60,645 nt of DNA from an uncultured Bacilli bacterium (lineage in GTDB: Bacteria; Bacillota_I; Bacilli_A; RF39; UBA660), in NCBI GenBank assembly GCA_944329465.1, contig CALVII010000001.1:1-60645 (forward strand), given 5' to 3'. Below are positions 9,524 to 19,903 of this stretch, in pieces; within the stretch, counting starts at the first letter, position 1, and every line of letters begins with the position of its first letter. The notes under the pieces are model-generated. The model did not search any database. It was given only the letters and a program-made list of their open reading frames with translations, and was not told the origin of the DNA. The position numbers and the translations under genes are program-made.

Positions 9524-9545
9524 GAAAAAAGGCTTTCAAAAGCCT
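9524..9545 (-). terminator. ftsZ terminator
   Basis: Minus strand AGGCTTTtgaAAAGCCT followed by TTTTTTC. Overlaps the ftsZ stop codon. Confidence 0.7.
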
Positions 9546-10581
9546 AATAATTTCCACGTTTTCTTAAGAATGCTGGAATAACTGTGTCTTCATCGTCTAA
9601 TCCAGGAATTGGAACTTCTTCTTCCTCTTTTTCCTTATGTTGATCAAATCCGGTTGCAATAACTGTAACGATTAATTCGTCTGTAAAATTCTCATTAATA
9701 ACCGCACCAAATATTGTATTAATGTCTGTATTGGCAGATTTTCTAATAGCTTCAACAGCCTCTTCTACTTCAAATAAAGTCAAATTTGGTCCACCAGTAA
9801 CATTGATAATTGCATCAGTAGCACCATCGATACTAGTTTCTAAAAGTGGACTTAAAACGGCTTGATTAGCTGCTTCAATAGCTCTATCTTCACCAACTCC
9901 AGCACCTATACCGATTAAAGCACTACCGCGTTTTTCCATTACGGTTTTAACATCCGCAAAATCCAAATTAATTAAACCTGGACAAGCAATCAAATCAGAT
10001 ATAGATTGAACGCCTCTTCTAAGTACATTATCAACCTCTTTAAATGAATCTAAAAGCGGTGTAGACTTATCGATAATCTCTCTTAATCTATCATTAGGTA
10101 CGACAATTAAGGTATCGACATGTTTCTTTAACTCTTCAATACCCTCTAAAGCTTGGCTCATTCTTTTTTTGCCTTCAAAAGAGAATGGTTTAGTCACAAT
10201 ACCGATAGTTAAAGCCCCTGAATTTTGAGCAATATCGGCAATAACAGGAGCCGCTCCCGTACCAGTTCCACCACCCATACCACAGGTGATAAATACCATA
10301 TCTGCTCCTTTTAAAGCTTCTTCTAATTCAGTTTTAGATTCTAAAGCCGCTTCCTTACCAATTTGTGGGTTAGCTCCAGCTCCAAGACCATGAGTAAGCT
10401 CTGCCCCTATTTGAATCTTATTCTCAGCTAAAGAATTATTTAAAACCTGTGAATCAGTATTAGCTACTATAAACTCTACTCCTTCAACTGATTCAATCAT
10501 ACGGTTTACCGCATTACAGCCGCCGCCCCCGACACCTATTACTTTTATTTTTGCAAGTTGATCCATTTCAATTCCCATCAT
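9544..10581 (-). CDS. ftsZ: Cell division GTPase FtsZ
   Basis: [13 protein letters not shown], tubulin signature [15 protein letters not shown] motifs. AGGAGG lies 8 nt upstream of the ATG. Confidence 0.97.
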   Translation of the reverse strand: MMGIEMDQLAKIKVIGVGGGGCNAVNRMIESVEGVEFIVANTDSQVLNNSLAENKIQIGAELTHGLGAGANPQIGKEAALESKTELEEALKGADMVFITCGMGGGTGTGAAPVIADIAQNSGALTIGIVTKPFSFEGKKRMSQALEGIEELKKHVDTLIVVPNDRLREIIDKSTPLLDSFKEVDNVLRRGVQSISDLIACPGLINLDFADVKTVMEKRGSALIGIGAGVGEDRAIEAANQAVLSPLLETSIDGATDAIINVTGGPNLTLFEVEEAVEAIRKSANTDINTIFGAVINENFTDELIVTVIATGFDQHKEKEEEEVPIPGLDDEDTVIPAFLRKRGNY

Positions 10582-10593
10582 ATTAATTTCCTC

Positions 10594-11823
10594 CTATTCG
10601 CCAAAAAAGTATCCAAACACTTTTCCAAGCATTGTATCATCGTTTGTGTTTGCTCTAGGTGAAGAAAGTTCTTCCATATCATCTTCACTAAGCATTGAAT
10701 AATTCATTCCTTTTAACTTTAATGTATTTAGAAAATAAATAATATTACCAATCGCTGTACTATATTTATTATTTCTAACTCCAATTAATTTAACTGTACC
10801 TTTGCTTGCATTTGGAAAAACATCCCTCATACAATATTCAAAATCCAGCATGTTGCTGCTGCCACCAGTTACTATTATATACTGAATTGGTTTATTTGTT
10901 AAGTCATTTAACTCATTTTTTGCTAAAGTAAGTATTTCGTTTATTCTAGACATTACTACCTCAGAAGCTGCCTCTCCATTAATTTTAATCTTCACTCCAT
11001 CGGTATTTACCGTCTCATAAACATCAAACTTATCGGCATTTCTCTTATGCGCTAAAGCAAAATTTTCCTTTATTTTTCTAGCTTCTTTAACATCTATCTT
11101 ATACATATAAGCTAAATCTTTATCGATATCTGCTCCTCCCGCACCTATAATTTTAGTACTTACAGGAATACTTTTATTATATAAAGAAACAGAAGTAATA
11201 TCCGAACCAATATTTATAACTGCACTAATGTTTTTATCTAAATTTTCATTTCTAAAACAGTTAATATCGCCAATACTTCCAACAGAAATATCGACAATTT
11301 CTACACCCAAACTCTCAATTATACTCGCAACTGAATAAACGTTTTTTTTGGGTGTAGTCACCATCATAGCTCTTCCTAAAAGCTTTTTACCAGGAAAACC
11401 TTTAGGATCTTTCATTACTGTCTTACCATTTATTTTGAAATCGATAGGCACTACTGTAACAAACTCCTCATTCAAAAGTAAATTTGCTTTAATTCCTGCT
11501 TTATATGAATTAATCATATCATGGGCTGTAATTAAATCACCAGAGACATCACACTCACCTTTAATAATTTTATATTCAGCCATATGATTTGGAATGTTCG
11601 CAATAACTCTTTTTATCTTTATCCCAAGCATCTCTTCCACTTTTTTAAAAGCCATTAATATCGATGTTTTAGCTAATTCTGGCTCAACAATTAAACCTTT
11701 TTTTATTCCCCTAGAAGGCACCGTACAAGCTGCAAGTAAATTTAAATGATTTAGGTAAAGTTCACATACGACAAGTTTGATGGAATCAGAACCAAGATCA
11801 ATACTCGCATAAACATGCTTCAT
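10594..11823 (-). CDS. ftsA: Cell division protein FtsA
   Basis: Actin-fold motifs (ASIDLGSDSIKLVV, VINIGSDITSV, IVTGGSS). Sits immediately upstream of ftsZ. Confidence 0.95.
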   Translation of the reverse strand: MKHVYASIDLGSDSIKLVVCELYLNHLNLLAACTVPSRGIKKGLIVEPELAKTSILMAFKKVEEMLGIKIKRVIANIPNHMAEYKIIKGECDVSGDLITAHDMINSYKAGIKANLLLNEEFVTVVPIDFKINGKTVMKDPKGFPGKKLLGRAMMVTTPKKNVYSVASIIESLGVEIVDISVGSIGDINCFRNENLDKNISAVINIGSDITSVSLYNKSIPVSTKIIGAGGADIDKDLAYMYKIDVKEARKIKENFALAHKRNADKFDVYETVNTDGVKIKINGEAASEVVMSRINEILTLAKNELNDLTNKPIQYIIVTGGSSNMLDFEYCMRDVFPNASKGTVKLIGVRNNKYSTAIGNIIYFLNTLKLKGMNYSMLSEDDMEELSSPRANTNDDTMLGKVFGYFFGE

Positions 11824-11908
11824 AACATCATCCTCCTACGGTCTATCATTAATTATACTATAATTTTACATGATTGAAAAGAAAATGTAAACCCAAATTA
11901 ACCAAAAA

Positions 11909-12583
11909 TCAACCTTTAACCTCAAAATATTCTCCCGCATCTAAATATAAAATACCTTTTTTATTGTCAAATTCTTTAATAATATCCAAATAGTTATCTA
12001 TTTTAGTAAATTCATTTAAAGTCAAATACACTTGATTTCCATCGTTCATTGTTAGGAAAAATCTTCCATCATCTACTTCGTTAGGATCATATCTTATTTC
12101 TGATATTCTCTTTACTATATCATAATTAACCGAAGAAATTGCTTTCAAAAATTTAGAATATATACTATCAGGCACATAATTAATAACTGTTGGAACCGGA
12201 AAATCATCATTAACTTCAGTTTTGTCAGATAAAATAGTTTTATTAGCCGGCAAATAATAAAATAATGGTAAATTCTCTTCAACTTTGATTACAACCTTAG
12301 TTAAACTAGGCCTTTGAACCTTCACACTTTTAATATAATTATCTTTTTCCAATCTTTTTTCAATACTTAAGGAAAGTGTTTTCAAACTACTAGGATAATC
12401 AGATAGACCAGCCTTTTCAATAATCTCCCAATCGCTATAAAGAGAATTACCTTTAATAATAATGTTGTTTATCCTAACATCTGTCAAAAAAGCTAAGCCC
12501 AAAAAAAACACTATTAAAATTATAAATACAAACATTACATTTTTAACCTTCAGTTTTCTTTTTTTCTTGACCTTTCGTGCCAT
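11909..12583 (-). CDS. divIB: Cell division protein DivIB/FtsQ
   Basis: Basic N-terminus, one TM, POTRA-like INNIIIKGNSLYSDWEIIEKAGL. Lies between murB and ftsA. Confidence 0.8.
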   Translation of the reverse strand: MARKVKKKRKLKVKNVMFVFIILIVFFLGLAFLTDVRINNIIIKGNSLYSDWEIIEKAGLSDYPSSLKTLSLSIEKRLEKDNYIKSVKVQRPSLTKVVIKVEENLPLFYYLPANKTILSDKTEVNDDFPVPTVINYVPDSIYSKFLKAISSVNYDIVKRISEIRYDPNEVDDGRFFLTMNDGNQVYLTLNEFTKIDNYLDIIKEFDNKKGILYLDAGEYFEVKG

Positions 12584-12595
12584 ATTATCACCTTT

Positions 12596-13450
12596 TTATT
12601 CTAAATATTCTTGTTCACACTCTAATTTAATTCCCGTTTTCAAAGCTACTTCACTTTGAACTATCTTAATTAATTTTAAAATGTCTTCCGCTCTAGCACG
12701 TCCAACATTGACAATAAAGTTCGCATGTTTATATGAAACCATCGCATCACCAACCCTAAGTCCTTTAAGTCCAGCTTCTTCAATTAACTTTCCTGCACTA
12801 TAACCCCTAGGATTACGAAATACCGAACCAGCCGAAGGATAATCTATAGGTTGAGAATCTTTTCTAGATTTCAAATTTTCCTGCATTTGCTTTAAACTAT
12901 CTTCATAAACACCCTTAGATAGTTCAAAAGTAACCTCTAAACATATATAATTTTTATGTTTAAAAATACTTTCGCGATATTTTAAGTTTAAAGCATCTTT
13001 ATTTAAAGTAATTACCTCACCATTATCAGTTAATATAGTCGCACTTTTTATAACTTTATCCAATGAAGACTGGTAAGCTCCCGCATTTTGATATATTGCC
13101 CCGCCAACCGTTGCCGGAATACTATAGGCAAACTCTAAACCACTTAAATTTTCCCTCGCACATTTTAAAGCTAGTTTAGGAAGGCTATAACCAGAACCCA
13201 CCGTAACTATATTACCTTCAATATTAAGTTTATCAAATTTTGAAAGTTTAATCAAAACCCCATCATATTTAGAACTTATAATCATATTAGAGCCATTACC
13301 TATAATTTTATATTTGATATTATCTTTTTTTAATTTTAATATTAATTTTTTTAACTCTAAAACATCTTCAGGAAAATATATTTTCTTAACAACTCCTTCT
13401 AGTTTATAAGTCGTATATTTTTTTAAATTTACATTATTTATTATTTCCAT
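12596..13450 (-). CDS. murB: UDP-N-acetylenolpyruvoylglucosamine reductase
   Basis: FAD-binding domain, GGAIYQNAGAYQ, and C-terminal PSAGSVFRNP motif. Confidence 0.93.
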   Translation of the reverse strand: MEIINNVNLKKYTTYKLEGVVKKIYFPEDVLELKKLILKLKKDNIKYKIIGNGSNMIISSKYDGVLIKLSKFDKLNIEGNIVTVGSGYSLPKLALKCARENLSGLEFAYSIPATVGGAIYQNAGAYQSSLDKVIKSATILTDNGEVITLNKDALNLKYRESIFKHKNYICLEVTFELSKGVYEDSLKQMQENLKSRKDSQPIDYPSAGSVFRNPRGYSAGKLIEEAGLKGLRVGDAMVSYKHANFIVNVGRARAEDILKLIKIVQSEVALKTGIKLECEQEYLE

Positions 13451-14522
13451 TAGAAACTACCCTTTTCAAATTATCATATATAATAGAAGCGCTATCTTTA
13501 ATCCGCATACCTCTTAAATTATCTTTTATCTCTTTAATTTTAATCTCATCATTAATTAAATCATCAACTTTCTTAACTAAAATTCCATCAAGTAAATCCT
13601 TTTCTTCTATCATTAAAGCCGCATCTTTATTAACTAAGTCTAAAGCATTTAAATATTGATGATTATTAGCCACATAAGGAGATGGAATTAAAATACTAGG
13701 CACTTCTAAAGCAATAATTTCACTTAAAGTAGAAGCTCCAGCCCTAGATACCATCACATCAGTTTTTTTCATAACTGAAGTTAATCCTTCATAAAATGGG
13801 ATAATCTTCACATTTTTAGGATAACTATATTTCATAACCTCCTCATATGAACCCTTACCAGTTACAAATAAAACCTCATAATCTTTATCTTTAAAATAAT
13901 TGAGTTCTTTTTCTAAATACTTACTAACTCTTCCTGCTCCAAGTGAGCCCATAACAATTAAAACTAATTTTTTAGTAGCTGAAAGTCCTAAAGTAGATTT
14001 TAAAACAATAGGTGCTTTTAAAGCATCTTCACTGCATGGATTACCAGTAAAAATAGCCTTATCTTTTGGAAATTTATCCAAAGAAGATTCAAATGAAACC
14101 CCAATTAAATCACAGTGTTTACTCAAATATCTATTAGATTTTCCAGGTAAAGCATTTTGTTCATGTAAAAAAGTTTTATAACCTAATTTATGAGCACTCA
14201 CAATAACAGGCACGGTTACATAACCACCAACTCCAATAACAATATCAGGATTAAATTCCCTAATTATTTTCCTGCACTCCCCAAAAGCTTTAAATAAACA
14301 TTTTACCGTTTTAAAATTTTTAAATATCTTCTTACTAAAACCATACATTTCAATCGACTTAAAAGGAATTCCTTTAGAAGGAACAATATCCTTTTCCATT
14401 CTATTATGCGTTCCTATATATAAAAACTCACTATCAGGTTCTTTTTCTTTAATCTTATTAATAATAGCTAAAGCAGGATAAATATGTCCACCAGTCCCAC
14501 CCGCACTAATTATAACTCGCAT
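13434..14522 (-). CDS. murG: Lipid II-forming GlcNAc transferase (undecaprenyl-PP-MurNAc-pentapeptide GlcNAc transferase)
   Basis: SAGGTGGHIYPALA N-terminal motif and GT28 C-terminal SRAGASTLSE. Confidence 0.93.
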   Translation of the reverse strand: MRVIISAGGTGGHIYPALAIINKIKEKEPDSEFLYIGTHNRMEKDIVPSKGIPFKSIEMYGFSKKIFKNFKTVKCLFKAFGECRKIIREFNPDIVIGVGGYVTVPVIVSAHKLGYKTFLHEQNALPGKSNRYLSKHCDLIGVSFESSLDKFPKDKAIFTGNPCSEDALKAPIVLKSTLGLSATKKLVLIVMGSLGAGRVSKYLEKELNYFKDKDYEVLFVTGKGSYEEVMKYSYPKNVKIIPFYEGLTSVMKKTDVMVSRAGASTLSEIIALEVPSILIPSPYVANNHQYLNALDLVNKDAALMIEEKDLLDGILVKKVDDLINDEIKIKEIKDNLRGMRIKDSASIIYDNLKRVVSNGNNK

Positions 14523-14588
14523 ATAATCACATCCTTAATCTAATTATATACATAATTATATGTTACCGCAAGTAATTTTATAAAAGCC

Positions 14589-16529
14589 CTATACATTATC
14601 ACATTTAATATTATAAATTAACTCATTTTTATATAAACTTAAATGACTAAAAATCATACATATATAGATAAGCAAAAAACAAATAATAAAATTCAAAACA
14701 AATAAACCAATATCAAATATTTTTAAATTAACCTCAAAAAACATACCTAAATTCTTATACAAAAAATTACTGACAAGCAAAATAAACGGAAATGAATATA
14801 AAGCACCTTTACCAGTTATAATTAAACTTTCAAAAAATAAACATAAATTAATCTTAAAATTTTCTAGCCCAAAAGCCTTTAAACTAGCAAACTCCCTTTT
14901 TCTTAATTTTACATTAGTAGATACAATATTAAAAATAGTCAAAACCGAAATCAAACTCACTATAAAACATGAAAAATACATAAAAAGTTTAATAAGTAAA
15001 ACCAAATTGTCCATAATTTCATAAACTTTTTTAATATTGACATAACTAACATTTCCAAAATTATTTTCTTTAAAATATTTTAAAACCTTATTATCAATAT
15101 TGTTTTCATCACTTTTAATTAAAGCACCTCCTTCATAAACTGGGCACACTAAATCAAACTTATCCTTATCTAAATTTAAAATAATCCTTCCTTCCAATAA
15201 TTCTGTCTCAAATCCAAAAGGAATTTTATCTGTTAAACTAATTCCATCTATCACATTATTAGATATATTTATTTTATCTAAACTATTAAATATTTTATAA
15301 TCAACCTTTACCATTTTATCATTTTTGCTTACTATATCATCGGTTAAATTAATAACCTCATTACCTCCAATATCAGTCACTAAAACAGTCATATTTTCTT
15401 TATATCCCCTATTATAATTTTCCTTAGGAATATACACTAATTTAGAGCAACTTCTATATATAGTCTCTTTACTAGAAGATAAATTTTTAGCTAAACCCTC
15501 AAGCTTAGAATAATCGCTCATATCACTAATTACCTTTAAATCATAACTAGGAATATAAACATACTCATTCATTATTTTAACTGTATAATCAGTAAGTCTA
15601 TAAAAAAAATTAAATAAAAGCATAATTATAAATATACATATAATTAATCCTTTATATTTTTTCTTATTTCTCATATAATTAATTAACCCAAAATTCAAAA
15701 TAACATTTTTAAACCTACTTTTAAAAAAATTATTTTCCCTATTGAATCTAAAAAGTTCCATTACCTTATATTTTTTAAGTCTAAAAAGTGGTAATAAAGC
15801 AGATAAAAAAACAATCAAAATAATAAAAATTAAAGGTATAAAAATAAATGGACCATATAAATATACTCCCATATTACTGCCTAAAACTTCACTAAGTAAA
15901 TTATTAATTAAACCTATAATTCCATAGCTAATAAATATACTGAGTCCAAAACCCAAGAAAATTCCAAACACCATGTATATTAGACCTTCAAACAAAAGCA
16001 TTTTATATAACTGACCATTCAAAGCTCCCATAGCTTTAAATAAAATTATATCTTTTCTTTTTTTACTAAATGAAATTTGAAATGAATTATATATAATAAA
16101 AAACACCGAAATAGCCAATATAAAAACTATAATAAATATTAACTCTTTAAATAAATCTAAATAATTATTTTTACCAATACCATACAAAGAAAGTAATTTA
16201 CTATTATAAATAACTTCTAAGCACTCTTTTTCTTCACATATTTTATCAGTTAAATCATAAGTATTATAAATATTTTCAAACTTTATAAAATATGTAGAAT
16301 CCAAATATTTAATAGACTTTATATTTTTATCATATAACCCATTCAAATTCCCTTTAATTTTAACGTGAAAATCATTTTCCTTTGCCACTTTTAAAATTAA
16401 ATACTCTCTAAAAGAAGAAAATAAAATTCCCACACAAAAGAGTACCATACTAGCAAAAATAATTCCAAAAAGTATAGTAAAAGTTTGCTTCGAATTTTTT
16501 CTTAAATAACTAAGAGAAACTTTTATCAT
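14589..16529 (-). CDS. ABC transporter permease, double FtsX-domain (BceB/MacB-like)
   Basis: 646 aa with about 10 TM segments in two blocks separated by a large extracytoplasmic loop. Overlaps the ATPase gene by 20 nt. Confidence 0.75.
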   Translation of the reverse strand: MIKVSLSYLRKNSKQTFTILFGIIFASMVLFCVGILFSSFREYLILKVAKENDFHVKIKGNLNGLYDKNIKSIKYLDSTYFIKFENIYNTYDLTDKICEEKECLEVIYNSKLLSLYGIGKNNYLDLFKELIFIIVFILAISVFFIIYNSFQISFSKKRKDIILFKAMGALNGQLYKMLLFEGLIYMVFGIFLGFGLSIFISYGIIGLINNLLSEVLGSNMGVYLYGPFIFIPLIFIILIVFLSALLPLFRLKKYKVMELFRFNRENNFFKSRFKNVILNFGLINYMRNKKKYKGLIICIFIIMLLFNFFYRLTDYTVKIMNEYVYIPSYDLKVISDMSDYSKLEGLAKNLSSSKETIYRSCSKLVYIPKENYNRGYKENMTVLVTDIGGNEVINLTDDIVSKNDKMVKVDYKIFNSLDKINISNNVIDGISLTDKIPFGFETELLEGRIILNLDKDKFDLVCPVYEGGALIKSDENNIDNKVLKYFKENNFGNVSYVNIKKVYEIMDNLVLLIKLFMYFSCFIVSLISVLTIFNIVSTNVKLRKREFASLKAFGLENFKINLCLFFESLIITGKGALYSFPFILLVSNFLYKNLGMFFEVNLKIFDIGLFVLNFIICFLLIYICMIFSHLSLYKNELIYNIKCDNV

Positions 16530-17202
16530 TCATTTCATCCTTTATAATCTTACCATCACGCATTGTAATTATCCTGCTGGCTCTTTTAGCTAAACTTAAA
16601 TCATGAGTAACCATAATAATTGTCTGTCTATATTTCTTATTATAATACTCAAGTAATTTCACAATATGCTTTGTGCTCCTAGTATCTAAATTACCTGTTG
16701 GCTCATCAGCTAAAATAATTTTAGGATGGTTTATCAAAGCTCTACCAATTGCCACTCTCTGTTGCTGGCCACCAGATAAATCATTTGGATAAGCATCCAT
16801 TTTATTTATTAATCCTAACTTTTTAACTAATTCTTCTAATTTCTTATCACTTATTTTTCTTCCATCAAATAAAGCTGGAAGTAATATATTTTCCTTAACC
16901 GTTAAAGCTGGAATTAAATTATAAAACTGATAAACAAAACCAATATATTTTCTTCTAAAAACAGTTAATTCCTTATCACTCATTTTATAAATATCTTGAT
17001 TGTTAATAATAACATTTCCCCTATCTGGTTTATCTAAACCTCCAAGTAAATGTAGTAAAGTACTCTTACCACTCCCACTTTTTCCAACAATCGCGATAAA
17101 TTCCCCTTTTTTAACTTTAATAGATATATTATTTAAAGCCAAAAATTCATTCTCTCCTTTACCATAAATTTTACACAAATCTGAAACATTTAATACCTCC
17201 AT
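16510..17202 (-). CDS. ABC transporter ATP-binding protein (BceA/MacB-type)
   Basis: Walker A GKSGSGKST, signature LSGGQQQRVAI, Walker B ILADEPTGNLD. Confidence 0.93.
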   Translation of the reverse strand: MEVLNVSDLCKIYGKGENEFLALNNISIKVKKGEFIAIVGKSGSGKSTLLHLLGGLDKPDRGNVIINNQDIYKMSDKELTVFRRKYIGFVYQFYNLIPALTVKENILLPALFDGRKISDKKLEELVKKLGLINKMDAYPNDLSGGQQQRVAIGRALINHPKIILADEPTGNLDTRSTKHIVKLLEYYNKKYRQTIIMVTHDLSLAKRASRIITMRDGKIIKDEMNDKSFS

Positions 17203-17208
17203 TAATTT

Positions 17209-17254
17209 TCACCTCTATATAAAACATACGACAAAAATATTGAATTTCCTTTTT
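17209..17254 (-). promoter_or_regulatory. Copy B of the recurrent promoter-like motif
   Basis: Minus strand AAAAAGGAAATTCAATATTTTTGTCGTATGTTTTATATAGAGGTGA. The GGTGA end of the motif sits 6 nt before the ABC ATPase ATG and probably doubles as its RBS. Confidence 0.4.
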
Positions 17255-17286
17255 TTCTAAATGTTTTTTTTATTTTTTTATATCTT

Positions 17287-17670
17287 TTGATAAATAGAGA
17301 TAAAAATATTGGGGTTAGTACAATACTCCATAATATATTTATTATCCTTCCTACATATAATTACACCTACTGTCTCTTCATGAAATGGTTTTTTGATATT
17401 TTTATCTACATAATTTATATATTTGGTAATTTGACCTATGTGTTCAACTTTTCATTCAGTAACTTTTAATTCTATTACTACATAACAATTAAATTTTACA
17501 TTAAAATGTATTTACTTTAGGCTCTTCTAATTCTGTTTTTTCTCCTATTCTCTCATATTCTTTTGATTTGATTCTTTTTCTAAGTTCTCTTACCGATAAG
17601 TTTAATTTACTTGTAATGTAAATATAATAATTAATTTCATCATCCTTTTCTAAATAGACTATTTCAAGTA
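17287..17670 (-). pseudogene. Decayed DUF1016/YhcG-type PD-(D/E)XK nuclease gene
   Basis: N-terminal piece WSHILEIVYLEKDDEINYYIYITSKLNLSVRELRKRIKSKEYERI ends in a stop. A C-terminal piece follows: VVIELKVTE*KVEHIGQITKYINYVDKNIKKPFHEETVGVIICRKDNKYIMEY, with an in-frame stop. The middle of the gene is missing. Confidence 0.6.
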
Positions 17671-17697
17671 TATGACTCCAACTTAAATTATATAATT

Positions 17698-17720
17698 AGT
17701 CCGACAGTGTCGGACTTTTT
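17698..17720. terminator. Hairpin terminator downstream of the metal ATPase gene
   Basis: AGTCCGACagtGTCGGACT. A T-run follows on the plus strand and an AT-rich tract follows on the minus strand. It lies between the ATPase stop and the DUF1016 pseudogene. Confidence 0.5.
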
Positions 17721-17766
17721 AAAAATTTGACGCGTCCCTTTTAAATACATAAAAAAATTCAAATTA

Positions 17767-19596
17767 TCATATTTGAATTTTCTTTTTCATTATTCTAAGG
17801 GAATTCAAAACCGCAAGCAAGGTTACTCCAACATCTGCAAAAACAGCCATCCAAATACTTGCAAAACCAAAAGTTGCCAAAATAAGCATTAAAAACTTAA
17901 ACCCCAAAGCAAAAACAATATTAAACTTCACAATATTCTGTGTTATTTTAGATATTTTAATTGCTTTAACAATATCCTCTAAATTATCATGCATTAAAAC
18001 AATATCAGAAGCTTCAATAGCCGCATCCGTTCCAATACCGCCCATCGATATACCTAAATTAGCTTCTTTAATAACAGGCGCATCATTAATACCGTCACCC
18101 ACAAAAGCGGTAAATGAATTATTTTGAATCTCTTTTAATTTTTGAACCTTATCTATTGGAAGTAAATTATAATAATACTCATTTATTCCTATTTTCATAG
18201 CCACTTTCTTTACTACATCCTCATTATCACCAGAAAGTATAACCAATCTATTTATATTAATTTTCTTTAAATTATTAACTAAATTAATAGCCGAATCTTT
18301 AATTCTATCACCTATAATAATATAACCTAAATACTTATCAGTTCCAACATAAATAACCGTTCCCAAAGCATTCACTCTAGGTACCTCAATAGCTTCTTTT
18401 AAAAATAACTTTTCATTACCGATAACATATTTTTTATTATCTATAAAAGCTATAACGCCATGACCGCTAATCTCTTTATAATCATAAATCTTTTTACTAT
18501 CAATCTCACCGTGATAAGCTCTAATTATAGATAAAGCAATTGGGTGTGTCGAATAAAATTCTAAATAAGCTGCAATTTTCAAAAGTTCATTCTTAGAAAC
18601 ACTTTCACTAACAACATCTCTAACTTCAAATTTACCCTCCGTAATTGTTCCCGTTTTATCAAAAACAATCGTCTCTAACTTAGACAAGTTTTCAAGTCCA
18701 TCACTACCTTTAACTAGTATTCCCTCTTTACTAGATCTTCCAATCCCACAAAAATAACCTAAAGGGACAGAAATAACTAAAGCACATGGACAAGCAGTAA
18801 CTAAAAACACTAAAGCTTTATAAACTCCCTCATTAAAATCATAACCAAATAAAATCATAATTAAAACAAGTAAAATAGCTAAAAGTACAACTACTGGTGT
18901 ATATATCTTAGAAAATCTTGTAATAAATTTTTCGGTTTTAGTTTTTTTCTCATTAGAACTTTCAAGCATATTTATAATCCTGTTAGCTGTAGAACTGCTA
19001 AACTCACTAGTTGCCCTCACTGTAATAAGACCATTAGTGTTTACAAAACCACTAAGCAAATTATCACCAGCTTCTACCTTTCTAGGTACACTCTCACCTG
19101 TCAAACTAGAAGTATCCACAAAACTACTACCTTCTATTATAACACCATCTAATGGAACCTTCTCTCCAGGCTTAACCACAAATATATCATTAACTTTAGC
19201 TTCTTTAACATCACACTTTAAAACCTTATCTTCTTTTTTTAAATTAACATAATCACTTCTTAAATCCATAAGCTTAATAATAGATTTTTTAGAATTAGAG
19301 GTTGCTAAAGAAGACAAATATTCCCCAAACTCAAAAAGTAACATAACCATCACAGCTTCCGGATACTCACCTATTATAAAAGCACTTAAAGTAGCTATAA
19401 TCATTAAAGTACTCTCGTCAAAAAACTCACCTTTCAAAATATTTCTAAAAGCATCTATAAAAATAGAAAAAGAAATAATTACATAACTAATAATAAGCAA
19501 CATAAAATAGATAAATGCATAATTTTCAAAAAACAAAGATAAAACAAACAAAATCAAACTTATAATAATTTTAATAATCTCGCTATTAATTTTCAT
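17767..19596 (-). CDS. Heavy-metal (Zn/Cd/Co-type) translocating P1B-ATPase, no N-terminal HMA domain
   Basis: TACPCAL (CPC) in TM6, DKTGTIT phosphorylation site, GDGINDAP hinge. The protein starts directly with TM helices and has no CxxC metal-binding domain. Confidence 0.88.
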   Translation of the reverse strand: MKINSEIIKIIISLILFVLSLFFENYAFIYFMLLIISYVIISFSIFIDAFRNILKGEFFDESTLMIIATLSAFIIGEYPEAVMVMLLFEFGEYLSSLATSNSKKSIIKLMDLRSDYVNLKKEDKVLKCDVKEAKVNDIFVVKPGEKVPLDGVIIEGSSFVDTSSLTGESVPRKVEAGDNLLSGFVNTNGLITVRATSEFSSSTANRIINMLESSNEKKTKTEKFITRFSKIYTPVVVLLAILLVLIMILFGYDFNEGVYKALVFLVTACPCALVISVPLGYFCGIGRSSKEGILVKGSDGLENLSKLETIVFDKTGTITEGKFEVRDVVSESVSKNELLKIAAYLEFYSTHPIALSIIRAYHGEIDSKKIYDYKEISGHGVIAFIDNKKYVIGNEKLFLKEAIEVPRVNALGTVIYVGTDKYLGYIIIGDRIKDSAINLVNNLKKININRLVILSGDNEDVVKKVAMKIGINEYYYNLLPIDKVQKLKEIQNNSFTAFVGDGINDAPVIKEANLGISMGGIGTDAAIEASDIVLMHDNLEDIVKAIKISKITQNIVKFNIVFALGFKFLMLILATFGFASIWMAVFADVGVTLLAVLNSLRIMKKKIQI

Positions 19597-19889
19597 TCAC
19601 TAATAATCTCCTTCAAATGTTCTATACCATATTTAAGTATAATCTCAATATGTTTATCTTTAATACTATAATTTACCATTTGACCTATTTTATTCGCTTT
19701 AACCAAATTAGAACTTCTAAGTGTTTTAAGTTGATGTGAAACTGCCGATTGACTAACATCTAATTTTTTAGATATCTCATTAACCGACTTTTCACCAGTT
19801 ACCAATAAATCTAAAATTCTAATTCTAGTCTCGTCACTAAATAATTTAAAAAATTCAGCCAATCCTCCTAAAAACTCCTTGCTATGCAT
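19593..19889 (-). CDS. ArsR/SmtB-family metalloregulator with alpha-5 type site (CzrA-like)
   Basis: Winged-helix RIRILDLL...SVNEISKKLDVSQSAVSHQLKTL. C-terminal DKH-x10-H-x2-E (DxHx10Hx2E) alpha-5 metal site. No alpha-3 Cys pair. 4-nt overlap with the ATPase gene. Confidence 0.8.
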   Translation of the reverse strand: MHSKEFLGGLAEFFKLFSDETRIRILDLLVTGEKSVNEISKKLDVSQSAVSHQLKTLRSSNLVKANKIGQMVNYSIKDKHIEIILKYGIEHLKEIISE

Positions 19890-19903
19890 TTTATCAACTC
19901 CTT

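Noticed and set aside
17287-17469. Plus-strand 60-aa ORF
   Set aside because: The opposite strand of the same interval translates to the conserved C-terminal block of a DUF1016 nuclease, so the signal belongs to a minus-strand pseudogene.
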